Shown here piece by piece: positions 38,296-51,104 of a stretch of DNA of 64,000 bases. The stretch covers positions 91,388,001 to 91,452,000 of the forward strand of contig OX597822.1 of the NCBI GenBank assembly GCA_951406725.2, read 5' to 3'. Positions within the stretch are counted from its first letter, which is position 1, and every line of letters begins with the position of its first letter. A model generated the notes under the pieces. The model ran no database searches. It worked only from the letters and a program-made list of their open reading frames with translations, and was not told the DNA's origin. The position numbers and the translations under genes are program-made. This DNA is from Octopus vulgaris. Taxonomy: Eukaryota.

Positions 38296-40700
38296 GTCAT
38301 CATCATCATCATCATTTCATGTCCATTTTCCATTGTAGCATGGGTTGGACGGTTTGATGGTTTGACCGGGGTCTGGGAAGCCAGGAGGCTGCACCAGGCT
38401 CAGTCTGATCTGGCAGTGTTTCTCCAGCTGGATGGCCTTCCTAATGCCAACCACTCCGTGAGTGTAGTGGGTGCTTTTTACGTGCCACTGGCATGGAAGC
38501 CAGTCAAGGTGGCGCTGGCATCAGCCACATTTGGATGGTGCTTTTTATGTGCCACCGGCATGGGTATCACAACTACAATTTCCATTTGATTTTCATTTTG
38601 ATGTTGATGTACTTGACTCAATAGGTCTCCTCAAGCACAGCAGGTCACCCTATGATCCAAGGTACTTATGAATGGGTTGGTGCTGGCTATGCGAAATTGG
38701 TGTAGGATACAGCTGTGAATTCACATTATTAGTTGGATCTTTGCAGTCACAGCATATCTCCAGAGGTCTCGGTCTTTCGTCATTGCCTCTGTGAGGCCCA
38801 ACATTTGAAGGTCATGCTTAACCACTTCATCCCATGTCTTCCTGGGTCTACCTCTACTCCAGATTCCTTCAACTGTTTGGGCACTTTTTCACACATCTCT
38901 TCTCATCCATCTGTAGTACATAACCACACCAGTGCAAATATCTCTCTTGCATGCCACATCCGATGCTTCTTATGTCCAACATTTCTCTCAGGGCACTTAC
39001 ACTCTATTGTGTGTGCACACTGACATTACACATCCAGCGGATCATGCTAGCTTCATTTCTTTCGAGCCTATGCATGTCCTGCACAGTCACAGCTCATGTT
39101 TCACTGCTGTGAAGCATGGCAGTTTGCACACATGCGTCGTACAATCTACCTTTCACTCTAAGCGAGAGGCCCTTTGTTGCCAGTAGGGTTAGAAGCTTTC
39201 TAAACTTTGCCCATCCACCCCCACAACTAACTTGGTTACCTAAGGAGTGGAAACTTCTAGTTTCTTCCCCTGGAGTGTGATGGAATCTGTTTTATGAGCA
39301 TGTGTGGTGTTTACTGCCCCTGTGCATCTGCTGCACACAAAAGCTATCTTCTCGGTTAATCTTCCTTTGATGTTGCTGCACATCTTATGTGCCCATAGCT
39401 TACACTGGGTACATCTTATGGAGTTTCTACCTACACCTTTTCTACAGATTGAGCAGGGCCACCTACTTGAGGGTGTGTGTGATGTGTTCGCCTTCTTACT
39501 TACTAGAACTTTGGTCTTTGCTACATTGACTCGAAGACCTTTTGATTCTAAAACTTGCTTCCACACCCGAAATTTCTTTTCTAGTTCTGGTAGTGATTCT
39601 GCTATGAGGGCCAGGTCATCAGCATAGAGGAGCTTCCAGAGGCAACCAGTCTTGAATTCATCTGTTATTGCCTGGAGGACAATGATGAACCTTGGTGGAC
39701 CCCTACTTCTACCCGGAATTCGTCACTATACTCATCGCCAATCCTAACCTTACTAATGACCTCTCTGTAATAGGGCCTGTACAGCCCTTATTAACCATTC
39801 ATCAATCCCTAGTTTCTGCATTGCCCACCAGATAAGGGATCAGGGGACCCTGTCAAAAGCTTTCTCCAAGTTCACAAAAGCCAAGTATAGGGGTTTATCT
39901 TTAGCTAGGTATTTCTCCTGCAGTTGTCGAACCAGGAATATAGCATCAGTGGTGCTTCTACCCAGCACAAAACCGAGCTGCATCTCATCTAAGCAGACTC
40001 TCTCCCTAATGAGATGGGCTATGACCCTCTCTGTGACCTTCATCACCTGATCCAGCAGTTTGATACCCCTGTAGTTATTTCTATCTGTAGCATCACCTTT
40101 ACCTTTGTAGCAGTTGACTATGGTGCTGCTATGCCAGTCATTAGGTATGACTCCATTATGAACTACCTGGTTTACAATGTGGGTAACTAGGCCATAGCCT
40201 GCACCACCAAATGTTTTAAGCATCTCAGCCGTGATTCCTGATGGGCTGGGGACTTTTCCTGGCTTCATACCCTTAATTGCTTTATCTACAAGGGAGCTCT
40301 CTATATGGATAGCTGGTCCCTCTACTGGGTCAACATTTGGCAGGCTCTCCTCCTCTCAGTCATTCTCTACATTCAGCAGTCTTTCATAATGGCTTCTCCA
40401 AGCCTCTTTCTTTTCAGAATCATTAGAAGCAAGTGCACCATCATCCATAAGGAAACATTTCTCTCCTGTGACATCACAATTTTCTCTCACAGATTGCCTT
40501 GCAATCTGAAATACCTCAGTTCTTTAGTCCTCACATTACTGGACATTGGCAAACTTCTTCTTTTCTGCTTTGCTCTTGGCTATGTATACCTGCCACCCAG
40601 CTTCCCTTCTGGCTACCTGGTACAGTTCCCTGCTACCCCCACACTTCCAGGCTTTCCAGGCCTGTTTCTTTGCTCTAATAGCTTTGTCTACCATATTATT
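38296..40700 (-). mobile_element. 5'-truncated RTE-clade LINE (~2.4 kb) with internal PHD-like finger
   Basis: RT motifs YKGKGDATDRNNYRGIKLL, AFVNLEKAFDRVP, LLYADDL; CSICRKGVGRNSIRCTQCKLWAHKMC..CSRC; 3'UTR and (gat)n tail. Confidence 0.92.
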
Positions 40701-41544
40701 CGACCAACATGTAACTGGGGTCGATGTAATCGACTTAATCCCTTTGTCTGTCCATGTTTGTCCCCTCTATGTTTAGCCCCGTGGGCAATAATGAAATAGA
40801 CATAAATATATACATATATACATACACACACACACACACACATATATATATATGCACACACACACACACATACATATATATACACATACATGATGGCTGC
40901 CCCCTCGTTATCGAGTATGGCCATTGCACGAAGCTTAACTATTATTGGTGCTGTGATTGACTGTGACTTTTTAGCCCAGCTAAAGATCTACAATGTCTTA
41001 CACACATATACCTAAACATAGACTTATATACACAGTCATATATATTCACACATGTATATATGCACACACACACACACAGACATATGGAAGTGAGAGACCT
41101 TCTTTGGTATTTATTCATAACTGTGATTTTATGTAAATGATAATTAACTCCACATATCATAGAGTACCTATGAGGGAATGTTATAAGGAATATGGATATT
41201 CAGTATTCAGAGTTTAGGTATACACAGATACTATACTGAATAACAGCACAATTAGTGCTTTTTCTATCATCAACAGACTCAACAACCCCAGAAACAGAAG
41301 TGAAAGTAGTGTGCTGGACTAGAAAATACAATTGTAATCCTGATGCCTAGTTTTTAATAACTAGGACTATATTCCACTAGTGCCACAAGTCATAAATCCA
41401 TAGTCAGATCATGTCAATCAAACTGTTGTCCACTACATGTCACCTTTAGTTGCATTTTACCAAATATTGGAAATCCAGTGCTTGACGTATCACAGAATTT
41501 GTAAGCCTTAATAGAATTAATAATTCTCAAAAATTTAAACTTAC

Positions 41545-42100
41545 CAAATGGCAGGATTTGCACCAGCTTCTAAGAGAGGAGAAATGACTTCTGTTTGACA
41601 ATTCTGCACAATAGCATGTAGTATTGTATGCTGATCTCGGCCCCATCGTTCATTCAAAATGTCTGGAAACTTAATATCATCAGCCATCACTAAATTTAAA
41701 GACTCATCACAAATTATATTTCCAGTTTTATTTTCTTTGTCAGACGATTTGACATCATCATCAATAGCATCATTGTTTGGACTGTTATCACTCTGAACTA
41801 CAGTTTCTCTGGTAGTAGCACATGATGGGTTTGCTATTTCTGAGAAACTATTTTCAAGAGGAATAGTTCTATTCTTTGATACTTTTCCATCAAGAACATT
41901 TTCAGGAGTGACAGAAGATTCAATCACATCTTCTGCATCTTTTGCTATTTCATCAGTCAATATCCTTTGTGATTCAGATTTATTTTTAGAGTTAGGCACA
42001 CATGCATGCTTAGCCAGCCATGAAATTATCTTATTGACATCATGAAGATTCCCGGTTTTGCATGCTCTATAAAGTTCGTTTCGGATGTAATTTTTTTCCT
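41545..42100 (-). CDS. ANKZF1: ANKZF1 coding exon 10 (ankyrin repeats with long acidic insert)
   Basis: tttcag|(K)EKNYIRNELYRACKTGNLHDV...HTILHAIVQNCQTEVISPLLEAGANPAI|gtaag; 556 nt, phase 1/2. Confidence 0.9.
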
Positions 42101-42636
42101 CTGAAATTTGTGAGTAAAAATTATTAAGTTAGAATTTACATTTGTTTAAAATAAAACTACATTTATAGATGCATGTATGCATACATTAAAAAACATACAC
42201 AAAGCATATATTTAAACCTAATTGCCTATTCCAATACATAGTTCTGGGTTTATGGTAAATAAATGAATGAAGATTATGTTCTCAATGCTTTTGATGCTAA
42301 TCTATCACAAGTAACATTTACCTGTGATTTAGCTGATTAACATTTACCTAATATTTAGATGTAAAATTAAGTGCATTGTCTGACACAATAGCTGGAATGG
42401 ATATGAAATGAACACTTGATAGTTTCTTACTTTGCACATACTCAGAAAGCTACATATAAATATGTATGCATACACACACCCTCTATCTTTCTCCTCACCT
42501 AAATATCTCATATAAAGTAAATACCTGGCAAAAACAGCTAGTATCCGTTTAAATTTTGTTATGCTATAGCATAGATCATAAATATTAAATAAAATGAATT
42601 AAAAAATTAGAAATTGGTAATAAAAGTGAATCTTAC

Positions 42637-42807
42637 TTGATCCTTTAGTAGCTGGCTTAGGTTTTGTATCTATAGAAATTTTGTTAGATTTCACAGCAGC
42701 CTGTTGACCAAAGTTTATCTCATCAGGGTTTAGATGACATGTACTGATTTCTTTGTTAACAAAATGCAATTTAATGTCACTATCGTTTTCTGTTTCAGAA
42801 CATGATC
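42637..42807 (-). CDS. ANKZF1: ANKZF1 coding exon 9
   Basis: caacag|(R)SCSETENDSDIKLHFVNKEISTCHL...PKPATKGS|gtaag; 171 nt, phase 1/1. Confidence 0.8.
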
Positions 42808-43080
42808 CTGTTGATGGTAAATAATCATGTTTGTAAGCCATACACATGAATAAGGTATAACTAACAAGAACAAAAATGGAAGAGAAGTAAGTGCTATTTT
42901 AGAGGAATGAAGTGAACTCAGAATCACATGCTGATATTACATATCAATATTTCAACTATTTCTATTTCAAAACATTGTTTACAACAATAACAACAATCAG
43001 TATAACTATTTACATTATGCATGGTTATTAAGGCATACAGAATAAGAATACATTGTAAATGTTATCTAAATTAAACTTAC

Positions 43081-43305
43081 TGTCATCTACAGTGACAGAA
43101 GATGTATTTTCTTGAACATTATCTTCATTAGCCTTTTTGCCAAGTTTTGATTTTAAGTTTTTCTTTTTCTTATCACATAAGATCAATTTGCCCACATTAT
43201 TTCTTAATTGAGAGACATCTGTGATGATTTCTAGTTGACCAGTATTTGAACTAAAATGTCGAGGAGGTGATTGGGGAATAAATTCCTGCATTTCGCTCTC
43301 ATTAC
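43081..43305 (-). CDS. ANKZF1: ANKZF1 coding exon 8
   Basis: ttacag|(G)NESEMQEFIPQSPPRHF...ENTSSVTVDD|gtaag; 225 nt, phase 1/1. Confidence 0.82.
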
Positions 43306-44117
43306 CTGTAATACAATAAATTTTTTTCTGAACAGAATGGTTACGTATAAAATACATATTAATTTTTCATAGTAATACAATCAAATTGATCTCAGTGGAG
43401 GATAAAAATACATTAAATTAAAAACATTACTAAGTGAAATAGTTACAATCTAGAACTGAACTAGGCCACAGACTTCTTACTGAAAACACATTATATATGT
43501 ATTTCTTTAAAATATGCTGTTTAAATTTTCAGGGCCTTCAGATGTTTGATGGTTTTGTTGAGGGATTATAAAATCTTGGATTATAAAATCCTGTAAGTCA
43601 ATATTCATTCCTTTTTTTAAAGATGACAGGATTGATTTGCAGGAAATTTGGCTGCTATTTCTAGCAAGTCGAAAGAATGTATAGCAGGTCATTGGCTTAT
43701 GTGTGCTGCTGATAGACTAGACCACAGAATATTGTTTGCATTGTCAAACAAAAACACTAAACAGGAAATAAGTAAGTTTGTACTCTGTGATAGGTATTGC
43801 ACTATATCTGTTATCAAAATACATAGCTCACATTGGTTCAGTCCATCTAGTTATGTTATAGTTTACCATTATAAGCAGCTGATGATCATAAGTCTTATAC
43901 AGGTTAAGCTTGAAAAATACAGCAGAAGTTAATAGGACAATAGTCTCACTTTCTAATAATGATCCAATATATTGATTACTTTTGGTTAGACAAAAAGCCA
44001 GTTTTTGTAAAAGTGATTGTAGGTATTTACATCAGCAGTGCCAACAACTTACCTCTGTATGATAAATAATATTGCTTGACATAAAGGAAACATAAAACAA
44101 AACAGATGTTAACCTAC

Positions 44118-44340
44118 CATAGCATTCAACTGATGCTAGCATTTCATGAACACGGCAAGTTTCATTGTGCGTTGGGCGCCGAGTATGGAATGGTACGCCT
44201 CGAATACGAAAATCATTTCGACTGAGGGGAGAATTTTTACCACTGAAGAACATTTGCTGGTTAAAGCTAGGGGCTCTCAAGAAGATCAGATCACATCGCA
44301 TCAAATAGTCAGACCAACTGGTCAAAAGCTCTTGGACATC
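44118..44340 (-). CDS. ANKZF1: ANKZF1 coding exon 7 (VLRF1 C-terminal part)
   Basis: atcag|DVQELLTSWSDYLMRCDLIFLRAP...RIRGVPFHTRRPTHNETCRVHEMLASVECY|gtagg; conserved PF.TRRPT. Confidence 0.95.
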
Positions 44341-44756
44341 CTGATATTAAATAGAATAATTATTTAACTTGTTTGGTTTGAGTGAATCCATATAGAAAAG
44401 CTTGCAAAAACCTAATACTAACAGTTAACTTCTGTAAAGAAAAGAAAAACTACTGCTTGTGAGAGATTCAGATCAAGAAGCATAAACAGAATAAAAAGCA
44501 AGTTAATATTAAGCGTAAACTTATCACTGAAAAACTTAATCCCACAAGACTTTGAAATATATTCCCTTTCCAACACTCACACTATATTCTTTTTAAACAA
44601 AGATTTTGTTTAACTCATTTTAGTTCAGCAAGTTTCTTGAAGAGCTTTGCTGATTATACCTACAATACGAAATAGTAACCTACAATAAATCATCTTAAGT
44701 TATTCCTGCATCATAGGTGTAGCCTGTGACAGTATATTTATTTGCAAATTCACCAT

Positions 44757-45037
44757 TCAAAATAGTTACAGCCAAAAGGGAGATAATTGAGAAAGACTTG
44801 AAAGTTAATGTAAGATAGTAATCATGTAAAGTAAATATAACAAATAATCCAGAATCCTTGTCCGGGACTGGATCAATCCCAAAACCTAATAAGTTCCTGT
44901 CAGTCATGAGGCCAAACATCTCTGAAAGTTTCATCTGAATCCATCCAACAGTTCTTGAGATATTGTGTCCATGGACAAACAAACAAACAAATGTAACTGA
45001 AGACAATACCTCCGTCTTCGTTAAGGCGGAGGTAATA
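44757..45037. mobile_element. Helentron/HINE-like non-autonomous element
   Basis: Terminal hairpin cctccgtcttcgttaaggcggagg, (aaac)n microsatellite and aagtttcatctgaatccatcc body typical of this class; left boundary approximate. Confidence 0.55.
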
Positions 45038-45042
45038 ATTAC

Positions 45043-45190
45043 CTGATTTAATGCAGACTCATTGTGCCGGCGGAGGGATGCCCCTGCAGAGCGAGGGGCA
45101 TTACCACGTCCATCCCTGGATCCTTGGGATTTGCCCTGTTTGGCTCGAACAGTGTAACGATGAAATGTCTTGTGCACGATTACCTTGCCA
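45043..45190 (-). CDS. ANKZF1: ANKZF1 coding exon 6 (VLRF1 catalytic loop)
   Basis: actcag|(N)[49 protein letters not shown]|gtaat; hallmark HKTFHRYT..Q and SAG..LRR.NE. Confidence 0.97.
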
Positions 45191-45446
45191 CTGAGTAAAT
45201 ACAAGAAAATGTTTGACAAGTAGAAACATAAATACAAGTTTATAATTTAAATTAATGAACTTAATATTAAGGTGTGTATGCTGTGTTAGAGTTAGATAGT
45301 CAGATACTTCATTTTTGAATAAGAGTATATATCAAAACTGAATCTAAAATAATCTAGTGGACAAAGCCTTCAGCGATGATAAGTTAGTTTAGTTAATTGA
45401 TGGATATAATTTTCAAGCTTAGGTTTAACTTTAAAATTATTCTGAA

Positions 45447-45857
45447 CGTGGCTGTATGGTAAGTAACTTGCTAACCAACCACATGGTTCTGGGTTCAGTC
45501 CTACTGCGTGGCATCTTCAGCAAATGTCTTCTGCTATAGCTCCGGGCCGACCAAAGCCTTGTGAGTGGATTTGGGAGACGGAAACTGAAAGAAGTCTGTC
45601 GTATATATATATGTATGTATATATATATATGTATGTGTGTGTTTGTGTGGCTGTATTTGTCCCCCTAGCATTGCTTGACAACCGATGCTGGTGTGTTTAC
45701 GTCCCCGTCACTTAGCGGTTCGGCAAAAGAGACCGACAGAATAAGTACTGGGCTTACAAAGAATAAGTCCTGGGGTCTATTTGCTCGATTAAAGGTGGTG
45801 CTTCAACATGGCCACAGTCAAATGACTGAAACAAGTAAAAGAGTAAAGAGTAAGAGT
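45447..45857 (+). mobile_element. SINE family B
   Basis: Near full-length match to 14939-15364. Confidence 0.9.
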
Positions 45858-46246
45858 AAGGCAAATATGAGATTTTAAATTCCAAAACATATTGAATACA
45901 CAAACCATGTAAGAAAGAAAGAAAAAGAGGGTGAGATATTTTTTCAGAGGGATGAGTTTATAGTCAAGCAGACAGCTTTCTTTGAATGCTGTCATAAATA
46001 TTAAGGATGGCTGTGAGAGCATTATAACAAGATGTATGACAATTACTTGTGTGGAATATATTTGTACTATGTACAATGGGCAGCAGCTGTTTAAGTTATA
46101 TATATTTTCAGGTCCTGGAGACAAAATCCTGATACAATTTTGATTGTATTAGTTTGAACTTACTACTGCTATTTGACTGTTCTCTTGGATGTTGCTTTAA
46201 TATAATGATGTAAAATTAATGTTTTAAGAGAGGAATGAAAACTTAC

Positions 46247-46362
46247 TTTTCAAAAATAGTTGCAGCAAAATGCCCACCACTTGCTAAAAACACAGCCCAT
46301 GACATGGCACCAGGTAGTTTAGATAAATATTCAAGAACTAACTTTATAGATGAAGGAGGTTT
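46247..46362 (-). CDS. ANKZF1: ANKZF1 coding exon 5
   Basis: tttcag|KPPSSIKLVLEYLSKLPGAMSWAVFLASGGHFAATIFE|gtaagt; conserved GGHFA; not in the ORF track. Confidence 0.93.
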
Positions 46363-46759
46363 CTGAAATTTAAATTCAAACATCTTTGAAAAGTACCAGT
46401 TAAAAACCTTCATAAAAACAAAATAACTATTACATCTTTTACTAAAAATCTATTGACTATGTTAATTACTTTTAAGCGTGGTGATCAAATTATTAAGGTA
46501 CCCGATTCTTTATCTTTAGACGGTGAGTTCAAAACTTAGACTAATAGTTATTATTTTTGTCTTCATAGGCAAGATATTTATTTTAGCTGATAAAGCATAT
46601 TGTTAGAGCAGTCACTTTTACAGTTAAATTTCTTATCATCTGAGCTACTCTACCTTTTTAAACTGTAATAAGCTATTTGACATCATACTGAATGAGTTAC
46701 TTCTTTGCAAATGAACAAAACAAGCGAAAAAGCAGAAAACAAAAAGGTTTTCTACTCAC

Positions 46760-47016
46760 CTTCTTGTGATATAATATACACTTATAAACTGATATAAGTT
46801 CACCATTGTTATTTTTCAGGAATAGTTTTGGATAACTCCTTTTATTACTAGTAAGTTGACAGTGAGAAGTATCTGGTGTCTCTTGTGTAGTTGCTGTGTT
46901 TGAGTATGGTTTGCCAATGGGACCTACGTCCGGTAACATGTCTTCAACAGGGAAATAACCATTGTCTTCACTCTCAGATTCTGAGTCACTACCAGAAATG
47001 CTACTTGAAAGATTAT
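46760..47016 (-). CDS. ANKZF1: ANKZF1 coding exon 4
   Basis: ctttcag|(D)NLSSSISGSDSESESED...PKLFLKNNNGELISVYKCILYHKK|gtgagt; conserved SSISGS. Confidence 0.93.
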
Positions 47017-47432
47017 CTGAAAGACAAAGAAGACAGAATCCTAAATTAGACAACTGTCAAAACTGATGTACTATTGTTTTAATGTCGTCATTAATATTAT
47101 TACTAGCATTAACCCAGCTACTTACAAAAAGGAGACTGTCACCACTGGCTTAATAATAAAAACATGGAGTGGTCATGACTTTATTATCTTCTTGATCAGG
47201 ACTGATCTGTTGCTAAAGAACAACAGCATGTACAATGTGAAGTAGATAACATCACCAGTGTCATTACCAATACTGGTGCTAACACAAGATCTACTAGTAC
47301 TATCATATATATTACAGCTACATCTATTACTGACATCATCATAAACCTTACTGCTACTACCACTTTCATTATATATATATATATATATATATATGAATGA
47401 GTGGACAAACAAAAGAAGGGCACTCAGAAAAT

Positions 47433-48018
47433 TCATTTGGAGTTACATGTATGGATCAAGACAGTTTGATACCAACAAATTTGAATCAAACTGTTTTGAC
47501 CCACATGTATGTGTGTGTGATATGTAAATTCAGAAACTGCGTTAGCTACGCCATCTGGTGTGAACAAGCTTACTGGATTTTCAGACTTCACCAACTGCAA
47601 TTCAATTAATTGTTGTTGTTGTAGTATTTGCTTTTGCAACTCCTGTAGTTGTTCTAGTTGCTTCGCTTGAAACTTTTCTACTGTGGCTAATAGGTTTTCC
47701 ATGATGCAGAAATTGTCAAATAACCAATGTGAATTTCAAACGATCCTTGTCGCCAGATGTTATATCCTTATGGATAAATAAATACATTGCAACAGTGTAA
47801 TAACAATATAATCGAAACAAACGGCAGTAACCACACGGAACGTAGCAGCAATCTTTCAGGAACCAACAATCCTACACACTAACTCAAACTGTAAACTTTG
47901 AACAATCAACACACAAGCTGTGGAACTAACATGAACTGCTCACTTACTCAGACTACTACTACTGATACGTAGTGGTCCAGTCCATTCTTGCCAGGGGGCA
48001 TCATACTTTCGTACAACA
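47433..48018 (-). mobile_element. Truncated Gypsy-like element: 5' LTR, PBS and gag start
   Basis: LTR 47758-48018 (TGTT..AACA), PBS TGGCGACAAGGAT (47743-47755), then MENLLATVEKFQAKQLEQ..NAVSEFTY. Confidence 0.75.
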
Positions 48019-48881
48019 GAAACCAAAGAATCAACAAGGAAGGTAAAGTCATTTAAATAAGCAGGACAATTGATATTTCACTGAAGAGCTGCCTAAGATA
48101 CATGCCTGTTTTGGCATGGTTTCTATGGCTAGATGTCCTTCATAATGCCAACCACCTAGTTTTGTTTAAATTTTTCTAAATACTTAATCAGAAGAGAAAT
48201 GGCCATGCCCATTGCAGTACCTCCTGGTGGAAGGGAAAGGGAGAAAAAAAAAAAAAGGATATCTTATGGGTTAATTTCAAATTGAAGATGTGTTCTGAAT
48301 ATTTGCATCAGAGTGGACTTTGATAAAGGTAACCCAAAGCCAAATGCTGGTGTTGAATTGAGCGATTAAAGCTTGTTCAATGGGCTTCCACACAGTTCCC
48401 ATCTACTCAATTTTTCTCAAGGCTTTGGTGACCCAAGGCTAGATTGAGGACTCTTGCCCAAGGAACTGTGCAGTGGGATCAAACTTCAAGCCATACAATT
48501 TCAAAATGAACATCTGAACCACACAACAACTTAATTACCCATAGATGTAGGTTCAATTCTCCTTATATCTCCTTGAGATCTACATTTACACTCAGTTTAG
48601 AATACATAAATGTGTTCTGCTCTGTTTTGTCTTATTGTGATTCTTCATTGCTATTTTTTAAAAAACTTTTCTATAAAAATGAATATAAAGGTTAAGATGA
48701 AAAAGTGGTGGTGCTATAATGGAAATAGATTGTCATAACCTATAAGTTCACAAGTACAGTTTTACACACTTCAATGATTAAATAATTGCTAATGAAATTT
48801 TTTTAAAAATCAACTTTGAAAAGATTTTTCATAAATAAAAATTTAAGATTTTATGAAATAATTTCAAAATTGTAAACTAAC

Positions 48882-48978
48882 CAACAATATTTTCAAAAAC
48901 TTCTTCAGAAACCGGGGACATTCCTCTCAACTTTTGTCTCAAGTTATACAAATGCCAGTCTGATCGAAAGTGTTCTTT
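48882..48978 (-). CDS. ANKZF1: ANKZF1 coding exon 3 (second half of C2H2 finger)
   Basis: ctatag|KEHFRSDWHLYNLRQKLRGMSPVSEEVFENIV|gttagt; not in the ORF track. Confidence 0.95.
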
Positions 48979-49584
48979 CTATAGATATTAAACAAAAAGA
49001 AATACATGAATTAAAAAGAGCACAATTTATTACAAAACAGATTTTGATTAAAAATAAGAATTAAACTCCTAAACACACATACAAGTGTATAGGTGTTGCC
49101 TCTTGTCTTTCATTTTCATTTTCTCTCCCTTCCTCACTTTTCTCCAGTTCTTCTTTTCCAATGAAAAACTCAAGTCCAAAATGTTAAAAATACATTTCTA
49201 TTTATTTTTTTTATCCAAGCCTGAAACAAATAACAACAGCTTTTATCTTGTCTTTTTTGTCCTTTGTTTTTGTTATTTCAATTTTACCACCATTACACAC
49301 ACGCACATTGTTTCTTGCAAACTTGTTTAAACATATTTTTCCATGTTTATATGTATTACACAGGTCTGCAGTATAGTGTGCATCAACATACTTTCTGATT
49401 CAACATTAACATTCTTAGATCAAACCTCATAACCTCTTGCTAATTCATCCTTGATTCACTTTTTTAACCATGCCCTCCACTGTCAGAACATGGAGCTTAT
49501 TTTCCCAGTAATGTGATCCATTTACATCACATGTCCATAATCAGTAGAGCCATCTCTCTTGTATGCTTTAGTTAATGCCATTAA

Positions 49585-49804
49585 CCCTTTCGTTACTGTA
49601 TTTATTTTGAGATGCTCTGTATTTCTTTCAATTACTTTAAATATAACAAAGAATTTAGTAAAATAACTTAGTTATCATTAAGATAGTGTTAGGAACATAA
49701 ATTGTGACTAAGGTTTGGTGGAAGATTTTAATTTAAAACTTATGAAAACAAGACATTTGTACTCAGACCCAGAGCCGGTTTCGGCCAGGTTAGTAACAAA
49801 AGGG
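49585..49804. mobile_element. piggyBac-type MITE, apparently inserted in a decayed RTE relic
   Basis: TTAA|ccctttcgttact ... agtaacaaaaggg|TTAA. Confidence 0.88.
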
Positions 49805-50269
49805 TTAACATCCAGACACTCTCTCACTTGGCCTGTCTTTCATGCAAATTAATACTATATATTCTACAAACCAGAGCCCTGTGTGGCTAATAAAGAAATC
49901 CATCTTAACATGTTCTAGTTCAGCTGACATAACTTTTCCACATTCAATGTCTATGTTACTTTCATGCAGCAAGACACTATATATGTATGCATTGTATATT
50001 ATCTGGCACAGAGACAAACCATTTTGTTGCTAACAAAACTAACAACTCCCCATACCTTTCTTCAACTATTTTACACTCACTATAATATGTCCAGCAGTAA
50101 ACCAGTTCCCTAGCTAGAAGAAACTATCAACTACAACAACTTCTACAAACAAGCTATCTGGACAGTTCATATACATTATTTAACATCCCTACTGGTTATG
50201 TCTATTTAGCACTTGTAAAAATCCTGGCTTCCAGAGTTCCTACTGCACAAGTGCTAGCACTAAATACAC

Positions 50270-50530
50270 TGTATTGTGATCCTACTTATTCCCATTTCAC
50301 ATACTGTGCTATGACAAGGTTCCAATGCTACTGAGAATTTGTACTCACTGTCACAATTGTGACTCCTACTTATTCCATGTTAACTAAATATTCTTGTGCT
50401 ATGACAATGTTCCACATCACTTCAAGAGAATTCTGTACTCACTGTCACAATATAAGACTTTTATCTTTGCCATGTTAACTAAATTATTCTTGTCACTCAT
50501 AACATTTTCTACATCACTTCAAGAGATTCT
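50270..50530. repeat. Imperfect ~92-bp tandem repeat (about 2.7 copies)
   Basis: Recurrent tgtgctatgacaa, gtactcactgtcacaat and ccatgttaactaaat. Confidence 0.7.
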
Positions 50531-50562
50531 GAAATGAGAACCAATTTTTGCCAGCCTTGTCT

Positions 50563-50724
50563 AGCACGTAAAAAGCACCCACTACACTCATGGAGTGGTT
50601 GGTGTTAGGAAGGGCATCCAGCCATAGAAACATTGCCAAATCAGACTGGGCCTGGTGCAGCCTTCTGGCTTCCCAGACCCCAGTTGAACCGTCCAACCCA
50701 TGCCAGCATGGAAAGCGGACACTA
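50563..50724 (+). mobile_element. RTE LINE 3'UTR fragment
   Basis: Reverse complement of 38330-38485. Confidence 0.8.
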
Positions 50725-51104
50725 TATTGAAAAGGTTGTAAACTCATGCTCTGTTCAACATCAAATTCCTCATGCAAATCACCAACAAATTTCACCATAC
50801 AACTCACATTGCCCGCACAAGCTTTTACACAAGCTAATATTCTCAGTGATCTGTACACTACAGAATATTTCAAAGGACTTTTCTAAGTCCTCAAAGACAA
50901 AGAAAGATGTTTGTTCTGAGCTAAAAACTAGAGCAGCTACTTAATAGTAGCTCCTCAGTCAGTACCAAAGTAATGTAATTTCAATAAACTGCTGCTGTTC
51001 AGATAATATGAAGGTTTATAACTAAATACTTCTAGATCATTCTCTTAACTTATACATTGCAATTATAAAATATAAAGCTTCACTTAAATGACATGTTGCA
51101 GTAC

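Noticed and set aside
45110-45150. A-to-I recoding of the Lys codon (AAA) in QGKSQ toward yeast-like QGGSQ
   Set aside because: Pure speculation from DNA; no complementary editing element identified.
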